Source of the DNA: a virus
Taxonomy: Duplodnaviria; Caudoviricetes
IMG/VR virus record: IMGVR_UViG_3300025502_000060
Location: 1-39,515 of that record
Reading direction: 5' to 3' (one strand)
Length of the DNA: 39,515 bases
The notes below the pieces were generated by a model that was not told where the DNA came from, ran no database searches, and worked only from the letters and a program-made list of their open reading frames with translations. Within the stretch, counting starts at the first letter, position 1. Every line of letters begins with the position of its first letter. A program made the translations under genes and the position numbers. Of this stretch, positions 36,088-39,515 are shown piece by piece.

Positions 36088-37512
36088 TTATAATCGGCCA
36101 ACAACTACTTCTATTATGCCGTCGTTTCCTTCATGTTCTTCTAACGCTTTCCCGATAACAGTACCAAATTTTGGATCGTTTGTAGATCGCGCCCTGCCAT
36201 TGCCAGCCGACACTAGCATATCCCCTTTGCTTATACTACCTTGTACTTTACATGGTACACGCCCTTGCAATGCTATCATTACCGCATGGTCAGCTACAAG
36301 TTCATCATTCATTCTAAATGCTGGTTGTGTTGACACTACTCCTGCTACTCTATTAGTGTCATCAGATGCTAATGTAACTTCATGCTCGCCACCAAACTCT
36401 AATACCGTTCCTGATTCGTAGTCCGCATCAGCTACATATTTTTCAGCCAAATCTGCATATTGGGCTGAAGTTGCAAGACCATATATAGTCGCAAATCTAT
36501 TGCCAGTCTGACCAATGTCACCAACACCGTTGGTGCCATTTTTTGTTATAGCCGGAACTGTCAATGTGCTAAATGTAGCAGTACTAGCTGTTGCATTACC
36601 AATTGGAGTTGAGTTAATGGCGGCAAACGATGTTAGCCCAGCAATTAGATTACCAGTAACCGTAACAATGCCAGCCTTTATTGTGCCGGTATAAGTTGGT
36701 AGATATTGATCAACTTTAACATTACTGTAACCACCTGCTGCCGTCACAGCGTCAGCTACATAACCAATCATACCAATGTTGGCAGTGTTTACTGCATTAA
36801 GGGTGAAGCCTATTTGTCCAATGTTAGCTGTGTTTACTCTTGATGTTATTACGCCATCTTGTACGGTGTTGGCAAAGGTTGACCAGTAATCTATATATCC
36901 AACCATGCCAATGTTTGCTGTGTTTACTCTTGATGTTATTACGCCATCTTGTACGGTGTTGGCAAAATCAGTATACCCTATCTGTCCAATGTTAGCTGTG
37001 TTTACTCTTGATGTTATTACGCCATCTTGTACGGTGTTGGCAAAATCAGTATACCCTATCTGTCCGATATTAGCAGTTGATACTGCATTTGTTGTATAAC
37101 CTATTTGACCAATGTTTGCTGTGTTTACTCTTGATGTTATTACGCCATCTTGTACGGTGTTGGCAAAATCAGTATAACCTATCTGTCCGATATTAGCAGT
37201 AGTGACTGCGTTATCAGTATAACCTATTTGACCAATGTTAGCTGTGTTTACTGCATTTGTTGTATAACCTATCTGCCCAATGTTTGCTGTGACTATGGCT
37301 ACTTCAGTATTATACAACTGTGTAGCTTGCTGAACTGTATTAGCTGTCAGTGTAATAAGTTCGGAAGGGATCGTACCAAGTACATACGTTTTTAATGCAC
37401 TTGATGTTGATTTAACCGTAGAAAATGTGTTCCCCGCGGTTTCAACCACCGGAACATAAATTGCATCAGTCCAGGCGCTTAGATTCGCCAGTTCACTTAT
37501 TTTAATTGCCAT
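36088..37512 (-). CDS. fibre protein with repetitive coiled-coil stalk and C-terminal peptidase G2-like chaperone domain
   Basis: N-terminal IKISEL, nine TANIG repeats, C-terminal AQYADLAE...GRVP...KGD domain shared with 32546-33994. Confidence 0.8.
   Translation of the reverse strand: MAIKISELANLSAWTDAIYVPVVETAGNTFSTVKSTSSALKTYVLGTIPSELITLTANTVQQATQLYNTEVAIVTANIGQIGYTTNAVNTANIGQIGYTDNAVTTANIGQIGYTDFANTVQDGVITSRVNTANIGQIGYTTNAVSTANIGQIGYTDFANTVQDGVITSRVNTANIGQIGYTDFANTVQDGVITSRVNTANIGMVGYIDYWSTFANTVQDGVITSRVNTANIGQIGFTLNAVNTANIGMIGYVADAVTAAGGYSNVKVDQYLPTYTGTIKAGIVTVTGNLIAGLTSFAAINSTPIGNATASTATFSTLTVPAITKNGTNGVGDIGQTGNRFATIYGLATSAQYADLAEKYVADADYESGTVLEFGGEHEVTLASDDTNRVAGVVSTQPAFRMNDELVADHAVMIALQGRVPCKVQGSISKGDMLVSAGNGRARSTNDPKFGTVIGKALEEHEGNDGIIEVVVGRL
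36742..37290 (-). repeat. in-frame coding tandem repeats (units of 15, 26 and 30 codons)
   Basis: Nine TANIG(Q/M)(I/V)G(Y/F) units; four identical DNA copies of TGTGTTTACTCTTGATGTTATTACGCCATCTTGTACGGTGTTGGCAAA. Confidence 0.92.
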
Positions 37513-37534
37513 AATTTCTTATCCTATACACTAT

Positions 37535-39514
37535 TTATTCTTTTATAATTACGTCGTCTAAAGCTTCAGTTATGAGAGCTGACGTTCCGAGTTCTGTTGT
37601 TAATGTTCCTGCTGGTAGATCTATTAAATCTGCTTCGTGGTCAGCTGGTTGACCTTTTAAGAACAGTATTTGTACTGTTTCGCCACCACTGAATCCTGTG
37701 CCATCTGCGGCTGTTCCAGTTCCTGGATTCTGCCAGGTGGTTGATGTGACCAATGTTGTTCCGGCTAAGATAGTTCTTACGTATGCATTACCAACAGTTA
37801 AATTGCTACTTAATGTAGTAGTTCCAAATGCAGTATTTGGCACTCGCTGTGTTTTTGGAGTGCCGTCAGTAACACTACTACCATTAGGCACTATATTTGC
37901 TGTTGCAGTCCCCCAGGTACCTCTACGTATTTGTCCTATTGCGTTAGCAGAGAATATAGCTCTCACGTTGCCTGTGTCAAATACTGCGTTAGCAGAAATG
38001 GTTGCAGTAGCTACATAAACATTGCTGTCATATCTAATTACTGCACTGTCAACATAAGCAGTGTTGGCTGTCCAATCTACAACTTCAGAGGCATAGTTTC
38101 TCCAGTAAGTTATTCGTTCACCATTGATAAAGATTACACCAGGGTCGTTAAGTCCTAGATCTGGTGTAATAAGTATGTCGGTATTATTTAGAAAAATCTC
38201 AGTATCACTGCGTAACAATTCTTTAGCTGTTGTTGTGCTATAACTGTCAGCAATTCTTAAAAAATTTGTTTCACCTGATATATCAGTGAATATTCTATAC
38301 CCTACAGTGGCATTAGCATTAGTATAGGTAGAGACATTTGACGTAAATACTCGCATATTTAACGTGTCAAATACAATGCCTGGCACTAGTTCTTCTGGAG
38401 CATGACTTGACCAACGGTCAACATAGGCTCCGCCATCTACATTAATGTCTTCAGGTCTGCTACCTAACGCTGTGTCTGTGTAAGTACTGCGGATGATAGT
38501 GTCTACAGCATTTTGGCTAAGCATCTCATTACCGTCTTCGTCATATTCAACTGCGTCAAACACTGTTGAGTCGTATGGTGTAGATAAAGAGCTTATAAAA
38601 TCAACGGCTGTTGGATATACTGTTCTCCATGTGCCATCTACCCTGATGTTACCATTGCGGATTGATGTGTTGCTTAACACAAAGTCTGCTGTTGATTTAA
38701 TAGTGCCTTGCACTTTAACTGCTGACCATACTCTAGTTACAGATATATTAGCATCTAGTACTGGCCATTCAACTGCTGTAGTTAATGCAATAGTAGATGA
38801 TATTGGTTTAATAGAAACATTTGACCATGTACTAGTGTTGCCGGCAAATACGTTAGAAGATAGAAGAGTATCTCCATTAATGAATATATTTCCTGTAGTG
38901 TTAAAAGTAAAATCATTATTCTTAATAAAGTAGGCTGTTGCTGAACTAATTACATTGCCTTGTGTTGCACCAATGGCATTACCATACACTATAGCATTTG
39001 CACCAGTTGATGGTTGTGTAATAAAGTCCCCAATGTTAGCTGTAAAGACACTGTAGAGTGGGTAAGCAGATGTGGAACCATCAACTGTAAAAATATGATC
39101 AGCTAAGAAGTTTAAGTACATGTCAGCTTCTGGTTGTATGATTACATTGCCTGTGTGTCCTGCTACTAATCCATGGGCTCCGCTAAATGTTACGTTAGCT
39201 AGTATTTCTCCACTGAATCCAGGTTGTTGATTAAAGTTTAATCCTTGTACCTGCACTCCTGGATATTCAATTCCAGGAATCAATTGATTTAAATCTTTTG
39301 CTGCCATGTCTGACTGCGGACTGTAATATGCCAGGATTCGATCGTTGGCGTTATCAAAATCGGCCGCTGAGTAAACAGTATACTCACTGGTAACAAATGA
39401 GTTACTTGTGGTTACATTTGCTATTACTTGGTAGCCAACATTTCCGTAACTTACGATAGTGTTGGATTCAAAGAATGTATTAGTTTGCCAAGGTTGTACG
39501 GATGTACCATAAGA
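37535..39514 (-). CDS. C-terminal part of a large virion (probably baseplate) protein; 5' end lies beyond the window
   Basis: Frame stays open from 39307 to the window edge (SYGTSVQPWQTN...ANDRILAYYSP); HAPEELVPG, INGERI.Y and IRRGT.GT motifs. Confidence 0.7.
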   Translation of the reverse strand, partial: SYGTSVQPWQTNTFFESNTIVSYGNVGYQVIANVTTSNSFVTSEYTVYSAADFDNANDRILAYYSPQSDMAAKDLNQLIPGIEYPGVQVQGLNFNQQPGFSGEILANVTFSGAHGLVAGHTGNVIIQPEADMYLNFLADHIFTVDGSTSAYPLYSVFTANIGDFITQPSTGANAIVYGNAIGATQGNVISSATAYFIKNNDFTFNTTGNIFINGDTLLSSNVFAGNTSTWSNVSIKPISSTIALTTAVEWPVLDANISVTRVWSAVKVQGTIKSTADFVLSNTSIRNGNIRVDGTWRTVYPTAVDFISSLSTPYDSTVFDAVEYDEDGNEMLSQNAVDTIIRSTYTDTALGSRPEDINVDGGAYVDRWSSHAPEELVPGIVFDTLNMRVFTSNVSTYTNANATVGYRIFTDISGETNFLRIADSYSTTTAKELLRSDTEIFLNNTDILITPDLGLNDPGVIFINGERITYWRNYASEVVDWTANTAYVDSAVIRYDSNVYVATATISANAVFDTGNVRAIFSANAIGQIRRGTWGTATANIVPNGSSVTDGTPKTQRVPNTAFGTTTLSSNLTVGNAYVRTILAGTTLVTSTTWQNPGTGTAADGTGFSGGETVQILFLKGQPADHEADLIDLPAGTLTTELGTSALITEALDDVIIKE

Positions 39515-39515
39515 G

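Noticed and set aside
36742-37290. CRISPR array or DGR template/variable repeat
   Set aside because: Repeats are in-frame coding units without unique spacers, and there is no cas or reverse transcriptase gene in the window
31789-38933. Many + strand ORFs of 60-150 aa opposite the tail genes
   Set aside because: Antisense shadows of Thr/Ala/Gly-rich genes, with no RBS or motifs
1-39515. tRNA, rRNA, integrase or transposase genes
   Set aside because: Intergenic gaps are short and none shows a cloverleaf or rRNA signature; no recombinase motifs in the ORFs

Overview
AT-rich, densely packed segment of a large tailed (jumbo-type) bacteriophage genome. The left part (1-12066, + strand) has small hypothetical genes, a MoxR-like AAA ATPase plus VWA/metallopeptidase pair, DHFR, a thymidylate synthase whose core is replaced by a GIY-YIG endonuclease, a MazG-like pyrophosphatase, an NAD-dependent epimerase and two dispersed radical SAM genes. 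The right part (- strand) has baseplate/tail-fibre genes (31546-39515), a terminator, and then a ~19 kb largely translationally coupled modification cluster (31467 down to 12047). That cluster holds four glycosyltransferase-like genes, six N-terminal-twitch radical SAM paralogs, four SGNH-like genes (one with an in-frame TAG), a NodU/CmcH carbamoyltransferase, an APS-kinase-like gene, a second GIY-YIG gene and an unannotated 33-aa peptide ending in DPFIYR that resembles the DltX/SxtK-type Tyr shuttle motif. The cluster shows repeated scars of gene insertion with duplication of the target gene's 5' end. Many genes follow a TAAATA late-promoter-like box only 4-6 nt before ATG. All family assignments are by eye from motifs; no database search was run.
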